DNA from: Halobacteriales archaeon QS_1_68_20
GTDB lineage: Archaea; Halobacteriota; Halobacteria; Halobacteriales; PXRE01
Reading direction: 5' to 3'
Length of the DNA stretch: 64,000 nt
Assembly (NCBI GenBank): GCA_003021085.1
Contig: PXRE01000026.1
Span: 66,559-130,558, forward strand
This document shows, in pieces, positions 52,541 through 62,825 of the stretch (its first letter is position 1; each line of letters opens with the position of its first letter). The notes beneath the pieces were generated by a model that ran no database searches, was not told the origin of the DNA, and saw only the letters and a program-made list of their open reading frames with translations. Both the position numbers and the translations under genes were made by a program.

Positions 52541-54724
52541 GTGACACTCGCCGACGCCGACCGCGAACTCGTGGTCGAGGAACTGGGCCGCGAACCGACC
52601 CCCGGGGAGGCGGCCCTCTTCGAGAACCTCTGGAGCGAGCACTGCGCGTACCGCTCGTCGCGGCCGCTGCTCTCGGCGTTCGAGAGCCAGGGCGAGCAGG
52701 TCGTCGTCGGACCGGGCGACGACGCCGCCGTCGTCGCCCTCCCGTCGGCCGACGCCGACGATTCGACCTACGTCACCCTGGGCATCGAGAGCCACAACCA
52801 CCCCTCCTACGTCGACCCCTACGACGGGGCGGCCACGGGCGTCGGGGGCATCGTCCGGGACACCCTCTCGATGGGGGCTTACCCAGTCGCGCTCGCGGAC
52901 TGCCTGTACTTCGGTGACTTCGACCGCGAACACTCCCGGTACCTCTTCGAGGGCGTCGTCGAGGGAATCGCCGACTACGGCAACGCCATCGGCGTCCCCA
53001 CGGTCGCCGGGAGCGTCGCCTTCCACCCAGGGTACGAGGGCAACCCCCTCGTGAACGTGGCCTGCGTCGGCCTGCTGGACGAAGACCGGCTGGTCACCGC
53101 CGCGGCCCAGGAACCCGGGAACGCGCTCGTCCTCGTCGGCAACGCGACCGGCCGGGACGGCCTCGGCGGGGCCTCGTTCGCCAGCGAGGACCTCGACGAG
53201 GACGCGGAAACCGAGGACCGGCCGGCCGTCCAGGTCGGCGACCCCTACACCGAGAAGTTGCTGATCGAGGCCAACGAGGAACTGATCGACCGGGACCTGG
53301 TCGTCGCCGCGCGGGACCTCGGGGCCGCGGGCCTGGGCGGCGCGACCACCGAGATGGCCGCCCTCGGGGGACTCGGCGCTCGGGTCGAACTGGACCGGGT
53401 CCACCAGCGCGAACCGAACATGGCCGCCCTCGAAATCCTGCTGGCGGAGTCCCAGGAACGGATGTGCTACGAGGTCAGGCCCGGCGACGTCGACGCCGTC
53501 CGCGAGGTGGCCGAGACGTTCGACCTCGGGTGTTCCGTGATCGGCGAGGTGACCGACGGCGCCCGCTACGTCGCGACCTTCGAGGGGGAGACGGTCGTCG
53601 ACGCCCCCGCGGCGTTCCTCGGCGACGGTGCGCCGACCAACGACCTCGACCGCGAATCGCCCCCAGAACCGGAGCGGGCGCTCCCGGAGGTCGACCTCGG
53701 CGAGGCGTTCGAGGCAGTCGTCGGCAGCCCCAACACCGCCAGCAAGGAGTGGGTATACCGCCAGTACGACCACGAGGTCGGCGCCCGGACCGCGACGAGA
53801 CCGGGCGACGACGCCGCGATCCTGGCGATCCGCGAGGCCGGAGGCGACGGAATCGGTCTCGCCATCTCCGCGGGCGCGGACCCGCGCTGGACCGAGCGTG
53901 CCCCCTACGAGGGTGCCCGCGCCGTGGCCCTGGAGAACGCCACGAACCTGGCAGCGAAGGGGGCGACGCCGCTGGCCGCCGTGGACTGCCTCAACGGGGG
54001 GAATCCCGAGAAGCCCACCGTTTACGACGGCTTCGCCAACGTCGTCCAGGGACTCGCCGACGCCTGCGCCGAACTCGACGTGCCCGTCGTCGGCGGCAAC
54101 GTCTCGCTGTACAACGACTCACCCAGCGGGCCCGTCCCGCCGACGCCGACCGTGGCGATGGTCGGGACGAAACCCGGATACGACGCGCCAGGACTCTCCC
54201 TCGCGGGCGAGGGCGAACTACTCGTCGTCGGTGACTCGACGCTCGACGGCGAAGCCCCCGCTCTGGGCGGATCGGAGTATCTGGCGCAGTTCGGCGGGGC
54301 AGACGCCTTCCCGGCACTGCGGGAGCACCCCGCGGCCCTCGTGGACGCCGTGGCCGACGTCGCCGCGCTCGACTCGACGTTAGCCGTCCACGACGTCTCC
54401 CACGGTGGCCTCGCGACAACGCTCGCCGAGATGGTCACCGCGGACGCCGGCGCGACGGTCGAGTTGCCAGACGGTGGGTCGTTGTTCCACGAGACGCCCG
54501 GCCGTGCGGTGGTCGAGACCTCCGATCCTGCCGCCCTCCGGTCGGCGGTCGAAACCGCTTTCGACCGCCACGGCGTCGCTTCCGGGGCGGACACTCCGGT
54601 CAGTGAGGTTGGCACCACCACCGGTGACGGTACGCTGGACCTGACCGTGAGGGACGACCGACTCGGGTACGACGCCACTACCATCACGGACCTCCGGGAC
54701 GTCATCGCCCGGGAACTGGCCTGA
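52541..54724 (+). CDS. purL: Phosphoribosylformylglycinamidine synthase subunit PurL
   Basis: [52 protein letters not shown]; probable GTG 52541. Confidence 0.97.
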   Translation: MTLADADRELVVEELGREPTPGEAALFENLWSEHCAYRSSRPLLSAFESQGEQVVVGPGDDAAVVALPSADADDSTYVTLGIESHNHPSYVDPYDGAATGVGGIVRDTLSMGAYPVALADCLYFGDFDREHSRYLFEGVVEGIADYGNAIGVPTVAGSVAFHPGYEGNPLVNVACVGLLDEDRLVTAAAQEPGNALVLVGNATGRDGLGGASFASEDLDEDAETEDRPAVQVGDPYTEKLLIEANEELIDRDLVVAARDLGAAGLGGATTEMAALGGLGARVELDRVHQREPNMAALEILLAESQERMCYEVRPGDVDAVREVAETFDLGCSVIGEVTDGARYVATFEGETVVDAPAAFLGDGAPTNDLDRESPPEPERALPEVDLGEAFEAVVGSPNTASKEWVYRQYDHEVGARTATRPGDDAAILAIREAGGDGIGLAISAGADPRWTERAPYEGARAVALENATNLAAKGATPLAAVDCLNGGNPEKPTVYDGFANVVQGLADACAELDVPVVGGNVSLYNDSPSGPVPPTPTVAMVGTKPGYDAPGLSLAGEGELLVVGDSTLDGEAPALGGSEYLAQFGGADAFPALREHPAALVDAVADVAALDSTLAVHDVSHGGLATTLAEMVTADAGATVELPDGGSLFHETPGRAVVETSDPAALRSAVETAFDRHGVASGADTPVSEVGTTTGDGTLDLTVRDDRLGYDATTITDLRDVIARELA

Positions 54725-55168
54725 ACCGGAATCGACGTCGACGATGGGGTCGACGCAGTCGGTGACCCGGCGGTCGTCGCGCTGGTCGACGACCGCCCGG
54801 CGGAGGTGGATCGGCTCGTCGACCACTTCGACGAGAAGGACGTGAACTACCGCGGTCTCGTCCTCGGCGCCGGCGAGCGGACGGTGGCTCCCCCGGCGTT
54901 CGAGGTCCTCACCGACCCGGTTTCGGGGGAAACGCTGGTCGAAGCCGTGACGGTGGCTTCGCTGTGGGTCCGCTACGACGACCTGATGGACGAGTTCTAC
55001 GCACTCGCCGCCGACCGGGCGACCAGTCCCGGGGACGGCGACATCGACACGCACCTGTCGGACGTTCGGTCCGAGATAGACGAGGTCCTCGGTGAACTGA
55101 CCGACCACGGGATCGACCTCTACGGGGGGCTGTCGGACGATCTGGATCGTGACGACGGCCAGCCCTAG
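54725..55168 (+). pseudogene. Acidic hypothetical ORF, probably a 5'-truncated remnant
   Basis: The frame is open and protein-like from the codon after the purL TGA; first possible start is GTG 54806. Confidence 0.45.
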
Positions 55169-56145
55169 AGGTCGACTTCGGTCCCGACGGCGCTCTCTCG
55201 GGCCGAGACGTAGACGTGTTCCGCCGTCGCGGCGTCCAGTACTGCGGTACCGACGCTCTCGACCACGACGATTTCGTCGTCGGTCTCCCGGCCTGATTCC
55301 CCCGTCACGACCGCCGAGAACGGGATCAGGTCCGACGTGGTTAGATCGGCGGCGACGGCGTCGCCCACGTCGACGACCTCCCCGGGTGCGTCGGCGAAGA
55401 CGCGAGCGGCCCGTTCGAACGTCGTCGGGTCGAGTTCCTGCATCTCCGCGGTGTAGGCACCGACGGCGATCACCACGGTTCCTGGATCGAGTACCTCGCC
55501 GGGGAACACCGGGTCGGTGGCCGTCGTCGCCGTCACGACGACGTTCGCACCGTCGACGGCGTCTCCGGGGGACTCGACGGCTTCGGCGTCGATGCCCTCC
55601 TCGCGGAGCTCGGCGGCGCAAGTCACTTTCGAGTCGCTGGGCGAGTACACCCTGACGGAATCGAGATCCGTAGCAGCGGCGATTGCCCGGGTCTGCCAGC
55701 GGGCCTGCGTCCCCGCGCCGAGGACGCCGAGGGTAACCGGCCCAGTGGCGAGTTCGCGCGCGGCCAGGCCACCGATGCATCCCGTCCGTGCGTTGGTGAT
55801 CCTGGTGCCCGCCACGTACGCGGCGGGCAGTCCCGTCTCCGCCTCGGTCAGTGCGATCTGGGCGTTGACGGTCGGCAGTCCGCGCTCGGCGTTGCCCTCG
55901 TGGACGCCCACGAGTTTGGTCGCGTAGTAGTCGCTCCCGTGGACGTACGCCGGCATCACCAGCCCCGTCCCGAGCGGTTCGTCGGGCGCGTCGGGGTCGA
56001 GGCCGGTCCCGACCGGGAAGTGCGGGCGCTCCGGTCGCTCTACCTCGCCCGCGCCCTGCTTGCGGAACGCTTCCGCGACGACGTCCAGTAGCGACGAGAG
56101 GTCCAGCACGCTCGCCACGTCGTCGTCCGAGAGGACCCGTGCCAT
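55165..56145 (-). CDS. Ornithine cyclodeaminase/mu-crystallin family (alanine dehydrogenase-like)
   Basis: MPAY, TKLV, TNARTG, GAGTQA, ESVGTAVLD. Confidence 0.92.
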   Translation of the reverse strand: MARVLSDDDVASVLDLSSLLDVVAEAFRKQGAGEVERPERPHFPVGTGLDPDAPDEPLGTGLVMPAYVHGSDYYATKLVGVHEGNAERGLPTVNAQIALTEAETGLPAAYVAGTRITNARTGCIGGLAARELATGPVTLGVLGAGTQARWQTRAIAAATDLDSVRVYSPSDSKVTCAAELREEGIDAEAVESPGDAVDGANVVVTATTATDPVFPGEVLDPGTVVIAVGAYTAEMQELDPTTFERAARVFADAPGEVVDVGDAVAADLTTSDLIPFSAVVTGESGRETDDEIVVVESVGTAVLDAATAEHVYVSARESAVGTEVDL

Positions 56146-56440
56146 ATCCCCCGGTTCGGCCGGGGTCGAATTAAGCGTTCGTCAGGGGAAGGCTGGACTG
56201 AGCTGGCGGAATCAGCCGCTCGACGGATAGCGAACAGACGGCACGTTCCCCTCGCGCGGCGACGTGCCGTACAATCGCGGACGCCGCGCGGTGACTCGTC
56301 AGCGCACGGCGACGGTGGTCCCGGTCTGGTACTTGAACCTTCGGCCGGGCGGATGGTTCGGCGGGTCGAGTGTGCCCGGGGAGTGCTATGGCGGGTGCTC
56401 GGCGGTCGGGTTTAACCCCCGTGCCTCCCAACGGCCGGGC

Positions 56441-57601
56441 ATGAAGACCGTGGTCGTGGGGGGCGGCATCGTCGGGATGGCGAGCGCGTACTACCTCGCG
56501 GAGCGGGGCGTCGAGGTCGTGGTCTGCGAGAAGTCGACGGTCGGCGCCGGGAGTACCGAACGGTCGGCGGGCGGCATCCGCACGCAGTTCAGCACGCCGG
56601 TCAACGTCGAACTCTCGAAAGCGAGCATCGAGGTCTGGGAGTCCTTCGAGGCCGAGTTCGGCGTCGACGTCGAGTACCGGCGACCGGGGTACCTCTTTCT
56701 CGCCCGCGAGGCGGTGACGGCCGAACAGTTCGAGGCGAACGTCGCCATGCAGAACGACCTCGGGGTCGACAGCGAGTTCCTCGACCCTGTGGCGGCCCGC
56801 GAGCACTGCCCGGGCCTGGATCCATCGCAGTTCGTCGGCGCGACCTACTGCGCGACCGACGGCTTCGCGGACCCGCACCTGGCGCTAGAGGGGTTCAAGC
56901 GCGCGGCGGTCGATGCGGGCGTCGACCTCCGGACGGGAACCACCGTGACCGACGTCCTCGTGGACGACGCGGAGGGCGAACCGTCGGTCACGGGCGTCGA
57001 GACGGACGCGGGACCGGTGGAGGCGGACTACGTCGTCAACGCGGCCGGCCCGTGGGCGAGACGGGTCTCCCGGATGGCGGGCGTCGACCTGCCAATCGCG
57101 CCGAAACGCCGCCAGATTGCGGTGGTAAACCCCTCGAATCCGGTACCCGAGGACGTCCCGTTGACTATCGACCTCGACACGGGGTCGTACTTCCGGCCCG
57201 AGCCGCACGGCGCCGCGCTCGTCGGCGGCCACTTCGGGGGGCCGGACCCCGACCGGGACCCCGACGGGTTCCGGCAGGCGATGGATGTCGACTGGGCGGC
57301 CGACGCCGTCGAGCGCGCCGGCGAGTGGACCACCTACTTCGGTCTGGACTCGCGAATCCGCAACGGGTGGGCTGGCCTGTACGCCGTGACGCCGGACCAC
57401 CACCCAGTGGTCGAGGAGACGATACCAGGGTTGATCGCCGCGGCGGGCTTTTCCGGCCACGGCTTCCAGCACGCACCGGCCACGGGGCAGGTCGTCGCGG
57501 AACTGGCCGTCGACGGGACTGCGTCGCTGGTCGACGTGTCGCCGCTGTCCAGCGAGCGCTTCGAGTCCGGGGACCTCGCCGACGAGGCGAACGTGGCCTG
57601 A
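56441..57601 (+). CDS. FAD-dependent oxidoreductase, sarcosine oxidase beta/DAO family
   Basis: VVGGGIVG, GSTERSAGG, VNAAGPW, TPDHHP, GFSGHGF. Confidence 0.93.
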   Translation: MKTVVVGGGIVGMASAYYLAERGVEVVVCEKSTVGAGSTERSAGGIRTQFSTPVNVELSKASIEVWESFEAEFGVDVEYRRPGYLFLAREAVTAEQFEANVAMQNDLGVDSEFLDPVAAREHCPGLDPSQFVGATYCATDGFADPHLALEGFKRAAVDAGVDLRTGTTVTDVLVDDAEGEPSVTGVETDAGPVEADYVVNAAGPWARRVSRMAGVDLPIAPKRRQIAVVNPSNPVPEDVPLTIDLDTGSYFRPEPHGAALVGGHFGGPDPDRDPDGFRQAMDVDWAADAVERAGEWTTYFGLDSRIRNGWAGLYAVTPDHHPVVEETIPGLIAAAGFSGHGFQHAPATGQVVAELAVDGTASLVDVSPLSSERFESGDLADEANVA

Positions 57602-58033
57602 TCAGCGCTCGGCGGTCCCGACGACCGTGGACACCCGGGCGTTCTCCTTGATGCGAACGCCGCCCTCCGGAACCGAGAGCGGTACTGCGTCGATGTCCCG
57701 GCAGTGGACCGTGGGATGGAAGGCTCCGCGTCGCCGGAGTTCGCTCCGGGTCCGGACGACGAGGCGGGTTCCTTCCGGCGGCGCGAGCGTCTCGTTGTAC
57801 GACAGGAGGTACTGGCCGCCCGGGAGGTTCCACCAGCCGTAGTCGTCGTCGGGCGACCGCTTTTCCGTCTCCACGGCCGCCGTCTCGGCGGCTTCCAGTT
57901 CGCCGCCGCCGAAGTCGATCCGGCCGGGTTCGACCACCTGTGAGACGGCCTCGACCGTGAGGTCGACGACGCCGTCGTGGACCTGCCTCGGTTCGTGGAC
58001 CAGCCCGTCCACGTAGTCCGCGAGCGCTGTCAT
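57602..58033 (-). CDS. dCTP deaminase/dUTPase-like protein
   Basis: VDLTV, GRIDFGGGE, YGWWNL, YNE, IKENARVS. Confidence 0.8.
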   Translation of the reverse strand: MTALADYVDGLVHEPRQVHDGVVDLTVEAVSQVVEPGRIDFGGGELEAAETAAVETEKRSPDDDYGWWNLPGGQYLLSYNETLAPPEGTRLVVRTRSELRRRGAFHPTVHCRDIDAVPLSVPEGGVRIKENARVSTVVGTAER

Positions 58034-58153
58034 GGGTGGGGGTACGGCCGTTTCCCGCAAAAAGTTACGTGCGGCCAACGTGCAGGCGACTCGGGCCGCG
58101 AAAGAGCTTTGCGCGTGCTGAACGTTACCACTACTCGCGGACAATCCTCAATC

Positions 58154-58681
58154 ATGAGCGTAATCGCCCGATTCGAGGTCATCCCGGTCCAGGAGGGGAG
58201 CATGTCGACCGCCATCGCGGAGGCCCTGCGCGCGCTGGACCGACACCCCGTCTCCTACCGGACGACCCCGACCGACACGATCATCGAGGCGGACACCGCC
58301 GGCCAGATATTCGCCGCCGTTCGGGACGCCCACCGTGCCATCCCGGACGAGCGCGTCATCACGTCGGTCGAAGTCGACGAGGACCGGCGGCGGCCACAGG
58401 ACATGGGGGAACGGGTGGCCTCCGTCGAGCGGGAACTCGGTCACCCACCGGAGCGTCGCCAGCAACCACCGGCCGGTCGGCCCACGTCGCAAATGGCGCA
58501 GCAGTCGGAACCCACACAGGCCCACCCGTCGCAGTCCAGGTCCGCACCGCGAGGGACACAGCCAACCCAGATACCGGAGTGGGGGATGCCGTCATCCGCG
58601 CGGTCCCGGTCGTCCGGCCCCGGCCCCGGCCCCTTCACGGGGGGTGAACACGCCGAACAGTACAGGCCACGGAATCGGTGA
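58154..58681 (+). CDS. Thiamine-binding/MTH1187 family protein with Q/P/S-rich tail
   Basis: ARFEVIPV...SMS...TPTDTIIE...RVITSVEVDEDR; low-complexity C-terminus. Confidence 0.82.
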   Translation: MSVIARFEVIPVQEGSMSTAIAEALRALDRHPVSYRTTPTDTIIEADTAGQIFAAVRDAHRAIPDERVITSVEVDEDRRRPQDMGERVASVERELGHPPERRQQPPAGRPTSQMAQQSEPTQAHPSQSRSAPRGTQPTQIPEWGMPSSARSRSSGPGPGPFTGGEHAEQYRPRNR

Positions 58682-58820
58682 CGGAGACCCGCCAGACGGG
58701 ACCCAGTCCCCGCCTCGTCCCGGCCCCCCACCACCCCGCGTCGACCCGCAACCGCTAGCTGAGGGTCGTCGCCGCTTATTTGATGTCAGGTACAGTAGAT
58801 GACGGTCGAACGGGATTCGG

Positions 58821-59199
58821 ATGGTCGACGGCACGAGCGGACCGGTCGACGGCACGGAGTCGGGGTCGGTAGACGACGACCCGGGACTCGTCGGATCGGG
58901 GAACGCTCGCTGGCCGCTGATCGCTGGCGTCCTCTCCGCAGCGGGATTCGGGGGACTCGGGGTCGCCGTCAAGGGGGCCGAACCCCCGGCGGTCGACACC
59001 GCGGTGACGACCGCGCTCCAGCAGGCGTTCCCTCCCGAGGGTCTGGTCGGGACGGCACTACAGGTCGGACGCCCGGTTCAACCTCTCGACGGTCTACATG
59101 GGCCGTCACTGGCCGACCGACCTCGTCGGTGGGTGGTTGCTCGGCGGGTGCTGGTTGCTCGCGGTGGTCGTCGGCTTCCGGTACGTGACTCGCGGGTGA
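58821..59199 (+). pseudogene. PAP2 phosphatase remnant with large internal deletion near 59082
   Basis: An N-terminal TM helix is followed out of frame by LSTVYMGRHWPTDLVGGWLLG (C3 motif); C1 and C2 motifs are absent. Confidence 0.8.
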
Positions 59200-59202
59200 C
59201 GG

Positions 59203-60396
59203 TCACTCGTCGCCGAACGCGTCCCGCGATTCGAGGTCGTCCAGTTCCTCGTCGTCGTAGCCCAGTTCGCTGAACACCTCGCGGGTGTGCTCGCCCAGTT
59301 TCGGGGGCGGCGACTCGAAGCCGCTGTCGGCGTCGTCGAAGTGCAACGGATGTTCGACCGCCGGGACCACGCGGTCGCCTTCCCCGACCTCCGTGACGGC
59401 GCCGCGGGCCTCCGTCTGTTCGTTGTAGAGGGCGTCCTCCACGTCGAAGACGGGGCCGGCGGGGACGCCCGCCTCCTCGACGAGGACGTCCATCCACTCG
59501 TCGGTCGTGCGCTCGGTCAGCGTCGACTCGATTTCCGACGCGAGGGCATCCATGTGCTCCACGCGGTCGGCGTTGGTCTCGAAGCGCTCGTCGACCGCGA
59601 GGTCCGTGCGGTCGACGGCCGCGCAGAACCGCTCGAACAGGCGGTCGTTGAGGCAGGCGACGTTGAGGTAGCCGTCGGCCGTCTCGAACGTCTGGTACGG
59701 GGCCAGCACGGGGTCTCTCGTCCCCATCCGCTCGGGTTCCTCGCCGGCGAAGACCTTGCCCGCCTGCTTGGTTAGCCAGGGGAGGGCCGCCTCCAGCATC
59801 CCGAGGTCGACGTACTCGCCCTCGCCCGTGCGCTCGCGGCGGTACAGCGCCGCGGAGACGCCGAACGCCGCCCACATCGCGGTGATCAGGTCCGTCGCCG
59901 GGAGGCCCACCTTGACCGGCGGGCGGTCGGGTTCGCCGGTGACGCTCATGATGCCGCTCATTCCCTGGACGAGCAGGTCGTAGCCGGGTCGCTGGCTCCA
60001 GGGGCCGGTCTGGCCGAACGCAGAGATGGCGCAGTAGACGATCTCGTCGTTGTGTTCGCGGACTGTCGCCTCGTCGACGCCCAGGCGCTCGGCGGTGCCG
60101 GGGCGGTAGTTCTGGAGGAAGACGTCCGCCTCGGCGGCGAGGTCGTACAGCGCCTCGGTGCCGGCGTCGCTTTTGAGGTTCAACTCGACGCTTCGCTTGT
60201 CGTAGTTGACCGTCCAGAAGTAGGGGGACTCGCCGTCGACGAACGGCGGGCCGGTGTGGCGGATGTCGTCGCCGTAGCCCGGGCGCTCGACCTTGATCAC
60301 GTCCGCGCCCTGGTTGGCCAGCATCAGCGAGCAGAACCCGCCGGTGACGAACGCCGTCAGGTCCACCACGGTCACGTCCTCGAAGATGCCGCTCAT
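59203..60396 (-). CDS. Family III CoA-transferase (CaiB/BaiF)
   Basis: GADVIKVERP, DVFLQNYRPG, ISAFGQTGP, GYDLLVQ, PPKLGEHT; ATG 60396. Confidence 0.94.
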   Translation of the reverse strand: MSGIFEDVTVVDLTAFVTGGFCSLMLANQGADVIKVERPGYGDDIRHTGPPFVDGESPYFWTVNYDKRSVELNLKSDAGTEALYDLAAEADVFLQNYRPGTAERLGVDEATVREHNDEIVYCAISAFGQTGPWSQRPGYDLLVQGMSGIMSVTGEPDRPPVKVGLPATDLITAMWAAFGVSAALYRRERTGEGEYVDLGMLEAALPWLTKQAGKVFAGEEPERMGTRDPVLAPYQTFETADGYLNVACLNDRLFERFCAAVDRTDLAVDERFETNADRVEHMDALASEIESTLTERTTDEWMDVLVEEAGVPAGPVFDVEDALYNEQTEARGAVTEVGEGDRVVPAVEHPLHFDDADSGFESPPPKLGEHTREVFSELGYDDEELDDLESRDAFGDE

Positions 60397-60482
60397 GTTT
60401 CCCCCGGGGCCGGCCGCCCGCAAAAACCTTCGGCTCGGGGGGCAACGGCCGCAGTCGTTCGCTCTGATTCGACGATCCACCG

Positions 60483-60680
60483 CCGGCGCGCGCTGGTGAG
60501 CGTGTCGCCGCAGGCGACCGCGAACCAACGGCGCGCGAGTCGGCTGGGGAGGCTGGTGGTTTGCCCGAGCTGTGGGTGGGACTGAAAGGGGCCACGCGAG
60601 TCGAGCGCGCGGGGGCTTTCTGGGCGGTGCTGACCAGGCAACCGCCGACAGAGAGCGCGCGGGGGCTTTCTGCGTGTTTC
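60483..60680 (+). repeat. Dispersed modular palindromic element, copy 4 (inner arm deleted)
   Basis: GGCGCGCGCTGGTGAGCGTG as in copy 1, GGCTGGGGAGG, GGGACTGAAAGGGGCC; repeat units at 60603 and 60653. Confidence 0.9.
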
Positions 60681-60798
60681 GGACCGAAACGGATAGTGGG
60701 AAGCGAGAAGCGATTCCGAACGCCGACTCCACTGCCGATCCACCGAACAGCATCCAGTCGGACCCAGGTTTACAATCGGACCACACTAACACCCCACC

Positions 60799-61059
60799 AT
60801 GAACCTCGGGTTGCTGTTGATCGTCGGCATCCCGCTCACCTGGCACCTCGGCCTCGCGGGGTACACCTACTACGACGCGGGCCGGGTCGGGATGCCACGG
60901 GCGAAGTGGACGGCAGTAGCCCTGCTGGTCCCGCTGTTCGGCTTCTTCGCGTACCTGTTCGAGCGAAGCGAGCGCGACTACGACCCCGAGGAGGATCCCT
61001 ACGCAGGCGGCGGGTACAACGTCCACGAGTCTCGCGCCGACGAGGACCGACGGGAGTGA
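60799..61059 (+). CDS. Small membrane protein
   Basis: Two TM helices, YYDA...KW...PLFGFFAYL pattern, acidic tail. Confidence 0.75.
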   Translation: MNLGLLLIVGIPLTWHLGLAGYTYYDAGRVGMPRAKWTAVALLVPLFGFFAYLFERSERDYDPEEDPYAGGGYNVHESRADEDRRE

Positions 61060-61121
61060 CCCGACCGAGCGGACTGCCGCGACCCGAATGATACTTCGGC
61101 CCAAGCACCCTACGTTCGGGT

Positions 61122-61709
61122 ATGGCCGGAGAATCAATCCAGCAGATCGAACGCGGCGAACCGGCGCTGTCGTTCGAACTCGAAGGGGTCGACGGGGAGA
61201 CGCACACGCTGGCGGACTACAGCGACTACGCGGCGGCGCTGATCGTGTTCACGTGCAACCACTGCCCGTACGCTCAGGCGAAGTTCGACCTCCTGAACGA
61301 CGTCGCCGAGGAGTACGACGACGTGGCGGTGATCGGCATCAATCCCAACGACGCCGAGCAGTACCCCGACGACGACTTCGAGACGATGCGGGAGTGGGTC
61401 GAGGAGGGCCGCGTCCGGTACGACGCCTACCTCCGCGACGACACCCAGGAGATCGCGAAGGCCTACGGCGCGGTCTGCACCCCCGACCCGTTCCTCTTCG
61501 AGAACACGGGCGACGAGTTCCGGCTGGTCTACCACGGCCGCCTGGACGACGCCCTGAACCCCGACGACGAACCCACGGAGTTCTACGTCCGGGACGCCAT
61601 CGACTCGGTGCTGGCCGGCGAGGACGTCGGCCTGGAGTTCATGCCCTCGCGCGGCTGCTCGATCAAGTGGCAACCCGGCAACGAACCCGACTACTGGGAC
61701 GACCTGTAG
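61122..61709 (+). CDS. Thioredoxin-fold (AhpC/TSA-like) protein
   Basis: FTCNHCPY, YPDD, AVCTPDPF, YHGRLDD, GCSIKW. Confidence 0.92.
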   Translation: MAGESIQQIERGEPALSFELEGVDGETHTLADYSDYAAALIVFTCNHCPYAQAKFDLLNDVAEEYDDVAVIGINPNDAEQYPDDDFETMREWVEEGRVRYDAYLRDDTQEIAKAYGAVCTPDPFLFENTGDEFRLVYHGRLDDALNPDDEPTEFYVRDAIDSVLAGEDVGLEFMPSRGCSIKWQPGNEPDYWDDL

Positions 61710-61826
61710 CGTCGACGCACGCGGGAACCCGCACCACGTACGGGAATCGAGGCTCCGGATCACTGCTGGACTGCCGACACCAGCACGCTTTAAGTCGCGC
61801 GGTCCGAGTTTCGGGATAGCGACCAC

Positions 61827-62825
61827 ATGCAGCAGTACCTCGACCTCGTCCACGACGTCCTCGGGACGGGCACGTACAAGCCCAACCGGACGGGCGTGGA
61901 CACGGTGTCGGCGTTCAGCCAGCACTACGAGGTGGACCTGTCGGCCGGGTTCCCGCTGTTGACGACGAAGGACCTCTCGGGGTTCCGCTGGAACTCGCTG
62001 ATCCACGAGTTCCTCTGGTACCTCTCCGGGGAGGACCACGTCCGGAACCTCAGCGAGGAGACCGGCATCTGGGACGCCTGGGCCGACGAGGAGGGCCACC
62101 TCGACACCGCCTACGGCCGGTTCTGGCGGCGCTACCCGGTTCCCGACGAGGACGACCGCCTGCCGGGGGAGGCCTGGCCCGACGACGGCCACCGGTGGGT
62201 CGACGACGAGGGGACGTTCGACCAGATCCAGTACGTGCTGGACCAGTTGCGCGAGAACCCTAACTCAAGGCGACTCGTGGTCGACGCCTGGCACCCCGCG
62301 AACTCCTCGGTGAGTACGCTACCGGCCTGCCACTACTCGTTCGTCTTCAACGTCCAGGGCGACCGCCTGAACCTCCACCTCACCCAGCGGTCGGGTGACG
62401 TGGCGCTCGGGGTCCCGTTCAACATCGCGGCCTACGCCCTGCTCGCGCAGGTCGTGGCCCAGCGCACGGACTTCGAACTCGGGACGTTCGCGCACACGGT
62501 CGTCGACGCCCACGTCTACTGCGGCCGGGGCGCCCGGGGCGAGTGGTACGCCGACAACCTCGACGAACTGCAGGATCGCCTCGCCGCCGTCGACGCCAAG
62601 GAGGACTTCCTCGCGGTGCGCGATTGGCTACGGGAGGCCGCCCCCGAGGAAGACGAGGAGGGGTACGACCACGTGCCGGGACTCCTGCTCCAGTGCTCGC
62701 GGGAACCGCGCGAGCGCCCGACCATGGAGATCACGGACGCCCCGCTGGACGAACTCACGTACGAGGACTTCCAGTTGCGCGGGTACGACCCCGCGCCGGC
62801 CATCTCCTTCGAGGTCGCGGAGTGA
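61827..62825 (+). CDS. thyA: Thymidylate synthase
   Basis: NRTGVDT, FPLLTTK, SRR, LPACH, QRSGDVALGVPFNIAAY, DAHVY. Confidence 0.97.
   Translation: MQQYLDLVHDVLGTGTYKPNRTGVDTVSAFSQHYEVDLSAGFPLLTTKDLSGFRWNSLIHEFLWYLSGEDHVRNLSEETGIWDAWADEEGHLDTAYGRFWRRYPVPDEDDRLPGEAWPDDGHRWVDDEGTFDQIQYVLDQLRENPNSRRLVVDAWHPANSSVSTLPACHYSFVFNVQGDRLNLHLTQRSGDVALGVPFNIAAYALLAQVVAQRTDFELGTFAHTVVDAHVYCGRGARGEWYADNLDELQDRLAAVDAKEDFLAVRDWLREAAPEEDEEGYDHVPGLLLQCSREPRERPTMEITDAPLDELTYEDFQLRGYDPAPAISFEVAE

Noticed and set aside
54722..54724. Selenocysteine recoding at the purL TGA
   Set aside because: PurL is complete at this stop, and haloarchaea are not known to use selenocysteine.
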